The notes under the pieces: generated by a model | Told to the model about the DNA's origin: nothing | The model's input: only the letters and a program-made list of their open reading frames with translations | Databases searched by the model: none | Part shown: piece after piece, positions 1 through 9,726 of the stretch | How the letters are laid out: every line of letters begins with the position of its first letter | Position numbering within the stretch: the stretch's first letter is position 1 | Source of the DNA: Promethearchaeati archaeon SRVP18_Atabeyarchaeia-1 | GTDB taxonomy: Archaea; Asgardarchaeota; Atabeyarchaeia; Atabeyarchaeales; Atabeyarchaeaceae | DNA length: 64,000 nt | Direction: 5' to 3' | Assembly (NCBI GenBank): GCA_037308085.1 | Contig: CP147779.1 | Location: 1,472,001 to 1,536,000 of the forward strand | Position numbers and translations under genes: made by a program

Positions 1-3000
1 TCTTTGCCGCCCTTTCGAATTCCAGTTTCTGTGCTGCGATTAGCATTTCCTCTTCGAGATTGGCGATTATGATATCTATCTTGTCCTTGGAGTATTGCCG
101 GTAACCCTTTGTCTCTGTGAATGCAGTTGAGGCTTCAGCTATCTTTGCCGGGGTCTCCAGTAGCGCTCTTACTTCTTTCCGCACCGTCTGTGGAGTCACC
201 TCATGCTCTATGTTGTACCGAAGCTGAATTTCCCTCCTTCTTTCTGTCTCCCCTATTGCTTTCTCCATCGACTTCGTGATCTCATCGGCGTACATGATCA
301 CCTGCCCGAAAACGTTCCTTGCAGCCCTCCCCATCGTCTGTATGAGCGCCACCTCCGATCTCAGGAACGACTCCTTATCTGCATCCAGTATTGCCACGAG
401 CGACACCTCGGGCAGATCCAAACCTTCGCGAAGGAGGTTAACCCCAACGATCACGTCGTACTCACCTATCCTGAGATCCCTCAGTATCTCTGTTCTCTTC
501 AGCGTCTCAACCTCCGAGTGAAGGTACTGAACCTTGATCCCTAGCGGCTGAAGATATTCCGTCAGGTCTTCAGCCACCCTCTTAGTCAATGTGGTAACCA
601 GAGTCCTCTCGTTCTTCTCCACCCTCTTCCTTATCTCCTTGAGCAGGTCATCGACCTGTCCCCTTGTAGGCCGTATAATGATCTCCGGGTCAACCAGCCC
701 CGTTGGCCTCACAAGTTGTTCGACTACCTGTTCACTTATCTGGAGTTCATAAGGAGCTGGCGTCGCCGAAGTGTATATGACTTGGTTGATATGCTGCTCG
801 AATTCACTGAACAAGAGAGGCCGGTGATCGTAGGCTGAGGGCAGGCGGAAACCATAATCGATGAGATTCTTCTTCCTCGACCTATCACCATAGTACATTC
901 CCTGCAGCTGAGGGATAGTGACATGTGACTCGTCTATAACCATGAGGAAATCCTTCGGATAAAAGTCGAGCAGAGTGAAAGGCGGTTCACCAGGTCTGCG
1001 ATCGTCAAAGTATCTGTCATAGTTTTCGATGCCAGCGACGTAACCCACCTGCCTTATCATCTCCAAGTCGTACTTCGTCCTCTGCTCAAGTCGCTGGGCT
1101 TCGACAAGCTTCCCGGCCTTTCGAAGGTCTTCAACGCGTGCAAACATCTCTTGCTCGATTTCGCGGAGACTCCTCTCTTTGGTTTCCTGAGGGATGACGT
1201 AGTGGCGCGCTGGAAATATCAGGGTACCGCTCATTTCTTCCAGAGTATTGCCAGTCACGTGGTCGACCCGGATTATCCTATCCACAACTTCGTCGAGCAG
1301 TTCGATTCTGACGATGTTCTCCTCATCAGCCGTACACACCTCAATGGTGCCTCCTCTAGCTCTGAATCTCCCCCTCGCCAAGGCCGCATCATTTCGTTCG
1401 TACTGCATTTCGGCGAGTCTCCGCAGTAGCCCGTCTCTATCCACTCTCTCCCCCTTCTTGACGATTAGCGACATCGCCCTATACTCCTCTGGCGAGCCGA
1501 GCCCATATATGCAGGAGACACTAGCAACAATGATCACGTCCCTCCTTGTAAGGAGGGCTTGAGTGGCCCGATGCCTAAGCCGGTCAATCTCATCATTAAT
1601 GGACGAGTCCTTCTCGATGTACAGGTCAGGCTCAGGCAAGTATGCCTCAGGCTGATAGTAATCATAGTACGACACAAAGTACTCAACCGCGTTCCTGGGG
1701 AAGAACGCCCTGAACTCGCTGCAGAGCTGGGCAGCAAGAGTCTTGTTATGCGAGATCACCAGCGTAGGCCTCTGAACGTTCTGAATCACAGACGCCACAA
1801 CAAACGTATTATGAACAAAGATGTTGCCAAGGCCGGCAATGAAATTTTGGTTTCCCACTACGCCAATGTCATATAAATATCCGTTTGTTGGCTTGACCTT
1901 CCTCATCTTTACTATTCTGCGCAGGTTGAATTTCAGTAGATTGCTGAGCCTCCGCCGATCATTGGTAAGTTCTATTATACTTTTGAAGAGTCTCTTTGAG
2001 GGTAGTCGCTTGTGGTGCTCGATCATTGACACGTGACTTCTATTACAGCCTATCTGTTCTGCAAACTTCCTCTGCGATAGGTTAAGCTGTGATCTAAGAT
2101 CCTTCACGAACTGTGAGCAACCTGGAAAAAGGTCAACATTTGTGTTGGTCTTTTCCGCAATTGTTTCCTTCAGTGCGTGATTCTTGTACGGCAGAGAAAA
2201 CGATATACCGTTCTTGAATTTCAGCAGATTATCCCGACCAGAGATCGCCAGTTCAAAGTATTCTTTCGGGATGATATTACCTTTAGCGTCTCGATATCTT
2301 ATCTTCTTACTCCTGATCCTCGGGATTATGCCAAATCTCAATAGTAGGTTTCTGATGTCGAAGACCAATTCCTGTGACGCGGATAAGTAGCAGACTTCAT
2401 TGGCGTTGACATATCCATCACCATCGAAGAGTGCTCTGAGGAAGACAGAGGTTTGATCTGGTCGCAAGTTGTAAAAAAGGTCAGTCATCCGTTTGACCTG
2501 TGCGTACTTGCCTAGACTTTTGAAGAAGTTCGACAAGATTGAGGAATTAAAGCGCATATCCTTGTAGTTGGCTCGAGTGCAACTGATCTTCAGAGATCTA
2601 GCAAAGCTTTCACAAGCTTTGTGGAGATTCTTCTTGGAGGTTGAGATTAGAACCGTATTTTTCGCGTAGCAACCCTCAGATATGTATAACCCGCAAAAGG
2701 TTAGAAAACTGTAATCTACAGGTATCATGGGTTTGACGAAGTCTTCGCCTTTCGTAATCAATCTAATTTCTCTGTAGACTTCTGAGAAGCTCAGTCCCGT
2801 CACCGATAGGAGCCTCTCCATCTGACCTACGGTGATTCCGCGCATCTTGGTTTCATTTATGATCTGGTCGTACTTCCATTTCGGGGCAGAAAAATCATGT
2901 TTGAGAAGCTCCTTGATCCTTTGGCTCAGCTCTGGATGATTACGTATTAGGTCACTTACGTTCACTTTCACGTGCGGATTGTAGTCAAGGAGATTCAAAT

Positions 3001-3532
3001 GCGATACAAATTTCTCCGGGAACGGGATCGAATTTGCGGTGAGTGTATAGTCACCCACTTGCAGTGATCCTGTATCACATAGTTCCAGCCTGCAGTCTGC
3101 TAAACGAAAGCAATTATGATCCTTGCTCACTCTTATCTTGGATCCATCATCAAGAACGATCTCGGTCAACTCGGATCCTTTATGCCTCGACACTTGAATT
3201 ATTTCTTTTTCCTCAACTTCATATGTCTCTGGGTTGAAGGAAATGATTCTTGAACCTCTCGTCTCTTGAAAAGAAGTTCCATCTGATTCTCTCGATGCAG
3301 TCAACTTCAGATCCACAAACTCACCAATTCTCACCTTTCTTACGTAGCCATCTTCATCAGTGATAAGCATGAATTCATCATGATCCACACTTTTGCCGGA
3401 GCCCGTGACGCCCAGGAGTGTCTGGTGTTTCAGCCCCTTCCTAACTCCTTCCGTCAACATGGCAATTGCCTTTGGCTGGTCACCGCGTGGGATGAAGTCT
3501 GTTACCAGCTTGAACTTCCCGTCGCTAATCAT
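1..3532 (-). CDS. uvrB: Excinuclease ABC subunit B (UvrB), intein-containing; 3' end runs off the window
   Basis: Manual translation from ATG at 3532: MISDGKFKLVTDFIPRGDQPKAI...QTLLGVTGSGK, then after the intein TFVVASVIQNVQRPTLVISHNKTLAAQL...EYFVSYYDYYQPEAY. A C-terminal UVR motif (LEEEMLIAAQKLEFERAA) sits at the window edge. It is absent from the ORF track because there is no stop in the window. Confidence 0.96.
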   Translation of the reverse strand, partial: MISDGKFKLVTDFIPRGDQPKAIAMLTEGVRKGLKHQTLLGVTGSGKSVDHDEFMLITDEDGYVRKVRIGEFVDLKLTASRESDGTSFQETRGSRIISFNPETYEVEEKEIIQVSRHKGSELTEIVLDDGSKIRVSKDHNCFRLADCRLELCDTGSLQVGDYTLTANSIPFPEKFVSHLNLLDYNPHVKVNVSDLIRNHPELSQRIKELLKHDFSAPKWKYDQIINETKMRGITVGQMERLLSVTGLSFSEVYREIRLITKGEDFVKPMIPVDYSFLTFCGLYISEGCYAKNTVLISTSKKNLHKACESFARSLKISCTRANYKDMRFNSSILSNFFKSLGKYAQVKRMTDLFYNLRPDQTSVFLRALFDGDGYVNANEVCYLSASQELVFDIRNLLLRFGIIPRIRSKKIRYRDAKGNIIPKEYFELAISGRDNLLKFKNGISFSLPYKNHALKETIAEKTNTNVDLFPGCSQFVKDLRSQLNLSQRKFAEQIGCNRSHVSMIEHHKRLPSKRLFKSIIELTNDRRRLSNLLKFNLRRIVKMRKVKPTNGYLYDIGVVGNQNFIAGLGNIFVHNTFVVASVIQNVQRPTLVISHNKTLAAQLCSEFRAFFPRNAVEYFVSYYDYYQPEAYLPEPDLYIEKDSSINDEIDRLRHRATQALLTRRDVIIVASVSCIYGLGSPEEYRAMSLIVKKGERVDRDGLLRRLAEMQYERNDAALARGRFRARGGTIEVCTADEENIVRIELLDEVVDRIIRVDHVTGNTLEEMSGTLIFPARHYVIPQETKERSLREIEQEMFARVEDLRKAGKLVEAQRLEQRTKYDLEMIRQVGYVAGIENYDRYFDDRRPGEPPFTLLDFYPKDFLMVIDESHVTIPQLQGMYYGDRSRKKNLIDYGFRLPSAYDHRPLLFSEFEQHINQVIYTSATPAPYELQISEQVVEQLVRPTGLVDPEIIIRPTRGQVDDLLKEIRKRVEKNERTLVTTLTKRVAEDLTEYLQPLGIKVQYLHSEVETLKRTEILRDLRIGEYDVIVGVNLLREGLDLPEVSLVAILDADKESFLRSEVALIQTMGRAARNVFGQVIMYADEITKSMEKAIGETERRREIQLRYNIEHEVTPQTVRKEVRALLETPAKIAEASTAFTETKGYRQYSKDKIDIIIANLEEEMLIAAQKLEFERAAK
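1808..3391 (-). mobile_element. Intein (528 aa) with LAGLIDADG homing endonuclease and XRE-type HTH, inserted in the UvrB Walker A (GSGK|T)
   Basis: Starts with Ser (SVDHDEFMLI) directly after GSGK and ends VGNQNFIAGLGNIFVHN followed by +1 Thr. The 1584 nt are in frame. LAGLIDADG-like blocks FCGLYISEG (~2675-2700) and FLRALFDGDG (~2415-2445); HTH-like LRSQLNLSQRKFAEQIGCNRSHVSMIE (~2020-2100). Confidence 0.92.
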
Positions 3533-3902
3533 GGCTGAACGAGACCTCTCTGCTAGAAGATGGTTATGATCCGATAGAAGCTGGGAACGCCAGTGAATCT
3601 CTGGATATGACGACATTAAGCAAACAATGGCTTAAAACACTTCCATATGAGACAGAAATCTGTTCATGAACCGAGGCTCGGGTTTTCCTGATGTGTGCGA
3701 AACCCATCTTCTTCAATTGGATAGACACATAGGCCCGGCCATTGTCAGATTCATCGTCATTTAGGACATGCCCCAGTTGACCATTGTCAGGTGCTATTGA
3801 CCGAAAACCCATTAGGAACGACGTCAATCGTGGACAAAACCGTAAATAGCGGATCGACGCGTGTACTTTTCTTATCTCCTGGTTGGAGGTGCGCGTTCTG
3901 CC

Positions 3903-4976
3903 ATGGTGACCATTAGGGAAGAACTAATGGGGCTAGCTGCGAGAATAGCTTCCAGCGCTGAAGAGGAGTACGATGGACACTGGTGTTTATTCGCTGGCTT
4001 CGCATTCGTGTTGAATGGTGTTGAAAAGAAGACTTACGATATCGATTTGCTGACTAAGGATGTAGGTGCTTACAGGTACCTCACCGGCTTGCTCCAGAAA
4101 CTGGGACTCAGACTTATGACCGCGACGGAAGGTTACTCATCTTTCAGGGCTGCCGTGACAGACCGGGAACACTCACAACAGCTGACCCTGGATCTCCTAA
4201 GCATAGACAGCGAATGGTTGAAACCCCTGAAGAACATGTGGAGCAAACTGGAGAAGATACGTGTCGGAGAAATCCCCATTCCTGTTGCACATCCGATTCA
4301 CTTGATCCTGCTCAAGATGTTGGTTAACTCTCGCCGCCAATCCGGGGATAGAAAAAAGGAACAAGACTTGGTAGATGTCAAGCGGATTATGGCAATACGT
4401 TCTATCACAACCCCGCAGGTGATGAAGGAGGCATCAATACAGGACATGGAAGACACAGCAACCAAGTTCTTAGAGAGATTGGACGGATTATCGTGTAGCG
4501 GCAGTAATGAAGAGGCAGCTGGACGAATAACCTTGAGGAGGATGACTGAAGCAGACACCGACACTGCCATAGAACTCGCAATGCTGGCAAACCCACTTGC
4601 TGCTAAGGAGAGATATGGGAAGTTCATTATCTCTCAAATGTCGGAGTTCCCGGAGCTCACATTCGTTGCAGCAACTGATGGGGGCAGACGCGTTGTTGGA
4701 TATGTCACATCCGATACTAGCGGTGATGAAGCCTGTATTGAAGACATTGCGGTGGCACCACCATGGCAAAGAAAAGGAGTCGGAAAAATGCTCCTAACAG
4801 AGTCAATCAGACTGCTGAGGGAGAGAAAGACGCGGCTCGTTAAAGTCGAAGTCCACTACAAGTGCTCCTCGGCGATTCCCTTCTACTATGCTTTCGGCTT
4901 CAGGTTTGCTAGCTGTACACGTGACAGGTTCGGGAAGGGAGAAGATGCTATGACTCTAACAAGAGAGCTCTCGTAG
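3903..4976 (+). CDS. Nucleotidyltransferase (DUF6036/AbiEii-like) fused to a GNAT (RimI-like) acetyltransferase
   Basis: N-half has FAGFAF...TYDIDLL...LLKML...KKEQDLVD; C-half has IEDIAVAPPWQRKGVGKMLL...AIPFYYAFGF. ATG at 3903 is preferred over GTG at 3861. Confidence 0.75.
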   Translation: MVTIREELMGLAARIASSAEEEYDGHWCLFAGFAFVLNGVEKKTYDIDLLTKDVGAYRYLTGLLQKLGLRLMTATEGYSSFRAAVTDREHSQQLTLDLLSIDSEWLKPLKNMWSKLEKIRVGEIPIPVAHPIHLILLKMLVNSRRQSGDRKKEQDLVDVKRIMAIRSITTPQVMKEASIQDMEDTATKFLERLDGLSCSGSNEEAAGRITLRRMTEADTDTAIELAMLANPLAAKERYGKFIISQMSEFPELTFVAATDGGRRVVGYVTSDTSGDEACIEDIAVAPPWQRKGVGKMLLTESIRLLRERKTRLVKVEVHYKCSSAIPFYYAFGFRFASCTRDRFGKGEDAMTLTRELS

Positions 4977-5035
4977 TGCCTTGCCTGTTAAGGTTACGGT
5001 CTGTCGGCAAAAGCGGATCCAAGTCATAAGTGCGT

Positions 5036-5623
5036 TTAGATCGAGTACCTCATTATTGGTCGCGTCTCAGAGCGGCGCAGTACTTCGATGAATCCTACTT
5101 TGAGGAATGCGGATGACAAGCCAGTATATGCAAACGCATCGGGAGTCTTTCCTTTTCTGGGCTCCACCGGATAGCCTTCCACGATTTTGCCGCCGGAATC
5201 GCGCACATAACCGATCGCGGTCTCTAACAGCCTCAAAGTGACTCCTTTGCGCCTGAACGGCTTTGCAACGTAGAAGCAGACCACAGACCAGACAGGCTTA
5301 TCATCAACCCGTCCAAGTGTCCGCGAGTTATCTAGGACCAGATAGGTCTCTCTTGGTGCGACGGAACACCAGCCAATCGGTTCGCCTCCCGCGTAAGCGA
5401 GGATCCCAGGCACTTCCCCTGAGTCCACGATCTTCCTCAGCGCCTCCCTGTTGCCCTCCCCTTTCTGCTGGTTGAACAGTGAACGCTTTATTCTCCACCA
5501 CATGCACCAGCAGCCTCCACAAGCTCCACGACTACCGAATAGCTTCTCCAAGTCTGGCCACCGGTCTCGCGTCAGTGTCTGTACCTTGACATCTGCTAGC
5601 TCCGCTTTACTCATTGAAACCAC
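5036..5623 (-). CDS. GNAT family N-acetyltransferase
   Basis: GGCWCMWWR, PIGWCSVAPR, VWSVVCFYVAKPFRRKGV, VEGYPVEP and YTG motifs. Confidence 0.85.
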   Translation of the reverse strand: MVSMSKAELADVKVQTLTRDRWPDLEKLFGSRGACGGCWCMWWRIKRSLFNQQKGEGNREALRKIVDSGEVPGILAYAGGEPIGWCSVAPRETYLVLDNSRTLGRVDDKPVWSVVCFYVAKPFRRKGVTLRLLETAIGYVRDSGGKIVEGYPVEPRKGKTPDAFAYTGLSSAFLKVGFIEVLRRSETRPIMRYSI

Positions 5624-5812
5624 TTCTTATTGCGCGGTCAGGCGCCCCACACAAATGCGAATGACATAACTTGAGTCACCCGGTCCTGCACGAGATGATC
5701 ATCGACGAAATCCTTTTGTTTGACGCACAGAGTATATTCCAAGATTCTTAAGATTGCATCCAGTAAGTGCCTCAGATAAACGGATCCTTGTTTCTTCATT
5801 GATGAATTACTT

Positions 5813-6415
5813 CTATTTCACTCTTGGAGAAGGTGATTGTTTCGCTTCCTGCCGCGTTCGGCGCCAAGAAGACAGATTATTTATCCGTTTTCTCATTCTC
5901 TTGTCCATCTTGCTCAGCTGCGCCGATACGCCTAGCTTCCTAGCAGTACTCCTTAGACCATTAACGTCGATGTGTTGGAATTGCCTGGCGTATATGCCTT
6001 CAGCATCCCGTGTGTCCTGCTCACTCCCCGAGAAAAGCTTGTTAGCGATCATGTCTTCAGGAGATGCCAGATAAATCTCAGTCTTTCCGATGAGGATCTT
6101 CTTCTTTGTGCGCAGGGTTTCAAGCTCTCTCGGTCCATATGCTCCCTTTGCGTCGATACGGAGAAGCGACTTTTCATCGTGTGTGGTGAAGTGTGACTTC
6201 TCTTTGAGAGCCATCATAATGTCGTTCTCTGTCAGTGAGAAATCCCGTTTCCTTAGTGCTCCAGCTAGAACCGGTACATCTTCATCTTTAATATTCATAA
6301 CGACATCGATGCCTAGTGTTGTCCTCACATTTCCCCAACTCGTCGCTGCGATCCCACCAACGATCGCGTAGTCTATTCCGAGCTGGTCTAGGGTCTCTGC
6401 AAGTTCCTTAACCAC
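5813..6415 (-). CDS. DUF6036-like nucleotidyltransferase (first Asp of DxD replaced by Gly)
   Basis: YAIVGGIA...GNVRTTLGIDVV; SPEDMIANKL...QDTRDA. Confidence 0.75.
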   Translation of the reverse strand: MVKELAETLDQLGIDYAIVGGIAATSWGNVRTTLGIDVVMNIKDEDVPVLAGALRKRDFSLTENDIMMALKEKSHFTTHDEKSLLRIDAKGAYGPRELETLRTKKKILIGKTEIYLASPEDMIANKLFSGSEQDTRDAEGIYARQFQHIDVNGLRSTARKLGVSAQLSKMDKRMRKRINNLSSWRRTRQEAKQSPSPRVK

Positions 6416-6419
6416 GTCT

Positions 6420-6605
6420 TCAATGCTTCTTCTCTTCTGCGCTATTTTCAGTCACCTTGTTCATCTTGATTGCAAAGTCGGTCAATTCAGATACGATCCT
6501 CAGAGTTTCCGCTGGACCTATTGTACGGAGCATTATGGCCTCCTTCAACAACTCATGCTCCTTGTCGTGGGCCGATTTCAAGCGCGATACTCGAGGTCGC
6601 CTCAA
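6420..6605 (-). CDS. Small partner protein (putative antitoxin) upstream of the nucleotidyltransferase
   Basis: 61 aa abutting the NTase gene; the ...GPAETLRIVSELTDF... helix resembles small partners of such NTases. Confidence 0.45.
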   Translation of the reverse strand: MRRPRVSRLKSAHDKEHELLKEAIMLRTIGPAETLRIVSELTDFAIKMNKVTENSAEEKKH

Positions 6606-6765
6606 CAGTCAGTATCTCCTCCACACGGCAGGACTATCGATCTGTCTCCATTATTATCTTTATGCAGGCCTGACCTTGGAACAAATATGCATCAACACCT
6701 GGCGTCCACAAAGCTCAAGAACAGAGAAATGCTGGAATGGGTCTTCCAGAAAACAAACCCAGCAC

Positions 6766-7116
6766 TCACTGTAATATTCCTTCGCGGATCGCTGTTCGGT
6801 ATATGGGGTTAGCCTGCGCTTCTTCTCTCGTTGCCAGGTGGATCTCGAAGGGGTGATATAGAGGTAGCCCAGCTAATTCTTCTAGTCTCGCTTTTGCGTT
6901 TCCTCTGCTTTTCTCGCCTTTGGGTATCTCGCGGCAGACTATGAGGATATCAACATCGCTTGCTCCTGTAGCTGTTCCCTTGGCAACGCTTCCGAAGACA
7001 TAGACCTGGCATTCGCCTAAGGTTACTTTCGCGGCGCCAGCTATCTTCTTCGCCCAAGGGCGCCACTTGTAGACTAATTTGCCAACTTCAAGCTTTGCCT
7101 TTAAGATTTTTAACAA
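6766..7116 (-). CDS. Minimal nucleotidyltransferase (MNT) antitoxin
   Basis: VYVFGSVAKGTATGASDVDILIV (GSX10DXD); overlaps the HEPN gene. Confidence 0.88.
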   Translation of the reverse strand: MLKILKAKLEVGKLVYKWRPWAKKIAGAAKVTLGECQVYVFGSVAKGTATGASDVDILIVCREIPKGEKSRGNAKARLEELAGLPLYHPFEIHLATREEAQANPIYRTAIREGILQ

Positions 7117-7486
7117 AGTCTATTGCCTCCTGGGCGAAGTCTACAAGTTCTCTTGTCTCCTCTTTCTCATACTCTCTTGGGGTGTAGCGTGAATTTATGT
7201 AAGTATCCTCAAGTCTGATGAGCAGACTTCTGTTCCTAGCCACGAATTGGTCAATTTGGCTGGGTTTGTCGACTGTGGTTTTGAGCGAGTTCAATAGTTG
7301 CCTCAGTGCGTGGATGCGTGGGATCTCTCCTGCGTACTCTAGGAGGATAGATTTCGCATATAGCTGGATGGATTGTTCTGCCATGAAGGCGGCAATATCG
7401 TAGTCTCCTTTAGCTAGGCTGTCCCTAGCTGAGCTGAGCATTCTCAGCGACCTATCCTTGAGCAGGTCGACTTCACTGCGACTCAC
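7088..7486 (-). CDS. HEPN domain protein (HEPN-MNT toxin-antitoxin pair)
   Basis: YDIAAFMAEQSIQLYAKS...PRIHAL...YINSRY archaeal HEPN pattern. Confidence 0.88.
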   Translation of the reverse strand: MSRSEVDLLKDRSLRMLSSARDSLAKGDYDIAAFMAEQSIQLYAKSILLEYAGEIPRIHALRQLLNSLKTTVDKPSQIDQFVARNRSLLIRLEDTYINSRYTPREYEKEETRELVDFAQEAIDFVKNLKGKA

Positions 7487-7683
7487 ATAAACACCATACT
7501 AGACTGGGTCTCGCATAGCTGAAATACTTATCGCTGGCCCGGCCCGTCACAAGGAGATTGCCATCGAATTTATTCTCGAAGTTGCCTTGGTATTTGCTTC
7601 GCGTGACATTCAGGTCTCTTTTAGAAAACCAAATAACCTTGAGTCACTCTAAGAAGGTGCAAGGTGTTTGGAAGTGATCTGTT

Positions 7684-8421
7684 TTGAGTAGTCAGGAAAC
7701 CGTTCTCTACGAGAAGAAGGGCAAGGTAGCAGTCATCACGCTCAACCGCCCTGAACTGAACTTGGTCAACGGAGCAGTAGTGAGTAGAGTGATGGAAACT
7801 CTAGAAGACGCTGAAGATGACCAGAACATCCGCTGCCTGCTCCTCGCGGGCGCCGGAAAGAAGGCCTTTTCAGCTGGGATAGATCTGAAGCACGTCAGCT
7901 CCCTTACGGGGGATGGCCAGCTGAAGTTCGCCGAGTCAACTCACGATCTTGTCTACAGGATTGCTCGATTCAAGAAACCCACGATTGCAGCCATCCATGG
8001 ACACGCTATAGGCATGGGCTATATGCTTGCTGTGGCGGCAGATATCAGAGTAGTTGCGCAAGACGCAAGCTTCAAGATACCTGAGGTGGAACTGGGAATG
8101 TTTCCAGGCTCAGGCATAACTGTCCTGTCACTGAAAAACGGGTTCCCACCTTCACAGCTGCTTGAGCTGATACTCACTTGCAGAGAATTCGGAGCGGTCG
8201 AAGCAGACAAGCTAGGGTTGGCCAACAGGATAGTGAAGCCCGAGGAATTGGAGGAAGTAGCCCTATCGCTTGCAAAGAAAATCTCTTTGGCGGACTCAGC
8301 AGTTGCGGTGCCAATAAAGCAGCTTATTAGGGACTACGCTGCGGCGGGATTCGACGAATCTCAGAGAAAAGAAACCGAGTTGCACTTCACCTACATGAAG
8401 CGGAGATTTCTAGGCAAGTAG
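7684..8421 (+). CDS. Enoyl-CoA hydratase/isomerase family protein
   Basis: ITLNRPE, AFSAGIDL, KPTIAAIHGHAIGMG, ADIRV, PEVELGMFPG. Confidence 0.9.
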   Translation: MSSQETVLYEKKGKVAVITLNRPELNLVNGAVVSRVMETLEDAEDDQNIRCLLLAGAGKKAFSAGIDLKHVSSLTGDGQLKFAESTHDLVYRIARFKKPTIAAIHGHAIGMGYMLAVAADIRVVAQDASFKIPEVELGMFPGSGITVLSLKNGFPPSQLLELILTCREFGAVEADKLGLANRIVKPEELEEVALSLAKKISLADSAVAVPIKQLIRDYAAAGFDESQRKETELHFTYMKRRFLGK

Positions 8422-8487
8422 AAGAAGGGGGCACCGACGCCGAGCCGAAGAGGAAGTTCAAGGCGATTTGGCTTTAAGGTGCCGGTC

Positions 8488-9588
8488 TCAAGGTGAATTC
8501 ATGCGCTTCAGTCTCTCTATTCTCTCGAACATTGATGGGTGACCCTTCAGGATCCCTATGATCTTCGGAAACTTCATGGGAACAAGGTTGTAATCCGCCA
8601 GTTTTTCCAGCGACGTCGCCAGATCCATGGGATTCGTACATCTAGCTGCAAGTAGGTCCGCTTCATTTTCGAACATACGTCGCAGCTTCAGTAGCAGTAG
8701 ATACAGGAATACGAAAGGCACCAAGTAATCCATGACGATCAATATAAAAAAGACCATTTCATCCGTAACGATAATGCCGGTCCCTATGAGGAAGTAGACG
8801 AGTAGGGAGGCAGCAACTGTAAAGACTGAATACAAGCCGAGCATTAGGGCAATTAGAATTGCAGTTAGCTTCAAAATGTGACGCAGTCTCAGGTGCGCGA
8901 ACTCATGTGCGACTACAGCTTCAATCTCCTTCTTATTCAACACCTTCTCAATATCACCGATCAGGTACACCCTTGCCTGCCTTCTGGAAAAACCTAGCTG
9001 CGCCGCATTCACGACTTTAAAACCCTCAACTGGGACGTGGTATGCGCCAGTAAACTTGCCCTTGATACCCATCTTATCTGCCAACTCTCTTATCGAGTCA
9101 AGCAAGCCTTGGTCTTCGATCTTTTCCTTCTTGAGGATTGATCCGTATATCTTTGGCATCGCCAATCCAATGATCAAAACCATCGCCAAGGTTGTCGCAA
9201 ACGTGAGAAGCTGCGAGTAGTCAGCATCACTGGGCGCAAATAACCAGAAAGCCACAAAGAGCAGTAGAAGCATAGCGAAGGGCATTAGAAATACGAGTCT
9301 CGAACGCAGCTTGTAACCAAGGTATCTTCGAAACCCAAACGTGGTTCTACCATACTTCCTATCAAGCCTGTACTCCAGCGGTGTGACGAGGAACGTCGAG
9401 ATGAGGAATACGACCCCTATTAGCGCTGTTATTGCAATAACCTGAAAATAGTCATCGATCATGAATAGAGGCACGTAGAAGAACAGGTAAATCAGTCCCA
9501 CCAATGAGGTGAAGCAGACCAGAAGCAATGAAAGGAACTTGATTGCATAGCCCTCAAGATAATACTTCCTGATCAATCGTTCATCCAT
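8488..9588 (-). CDS. M48 (HtpX-like) membrane zinc metalloprotease
   Basis: Several TM helices; VNAA, EIEAVVAHEFAH, ENEAD, HPSMFERI. Confidence 0.88.
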   Translation of the reverse strand: MDERLIRKYYLEGYAIKFLSLLLVCFTSLVGLIYLFFYVPLFMIDDYFQVIAITALIGVVFLISTFLVTPLEYRLDRKYGRTTFGFRRYLGYKLRSRLVFLMPFAMLLLLFVAFWLFAPSDADYSQLLTFATTLAMVLIIGLAMPKIYGSILKKEKIEDQGLLDSIRELADKMGIKGKFTGAYHVPVEGFKVVNAAQLGFSRRQARVYLIGDIEKVLNKKEIEAVVAHEFAHLRLRHILKLTAILIALMLGLYSVFTVAASLLVYFLIGTGIIVTDEMVFFILIVMDYLVPFVFLYLLLLKLRRMFENEADLLAARCTNPMDLATSLEKLADYNLVPMKFPKIIGILKGHPSMFERIERLKRMNSP

Positions 9589-9726
9589 GGCTCGAATCGC
9601 CTTGTTTAGGGCCGTTGATTAAGGGAATACCCACAACAAGATGAGGTAATACGGTTTTCTCTCTGGACAAAAAAACCGGGAGTTCATGTAGGAGGCCTGC
9701 AGATCCCTCGGGCACATGAGCTGTTC

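Noticed and set aside
203-3237. Many short + strand ORFs in the track
   Set aside because: They are antisense shadows of uvrB and its intein.
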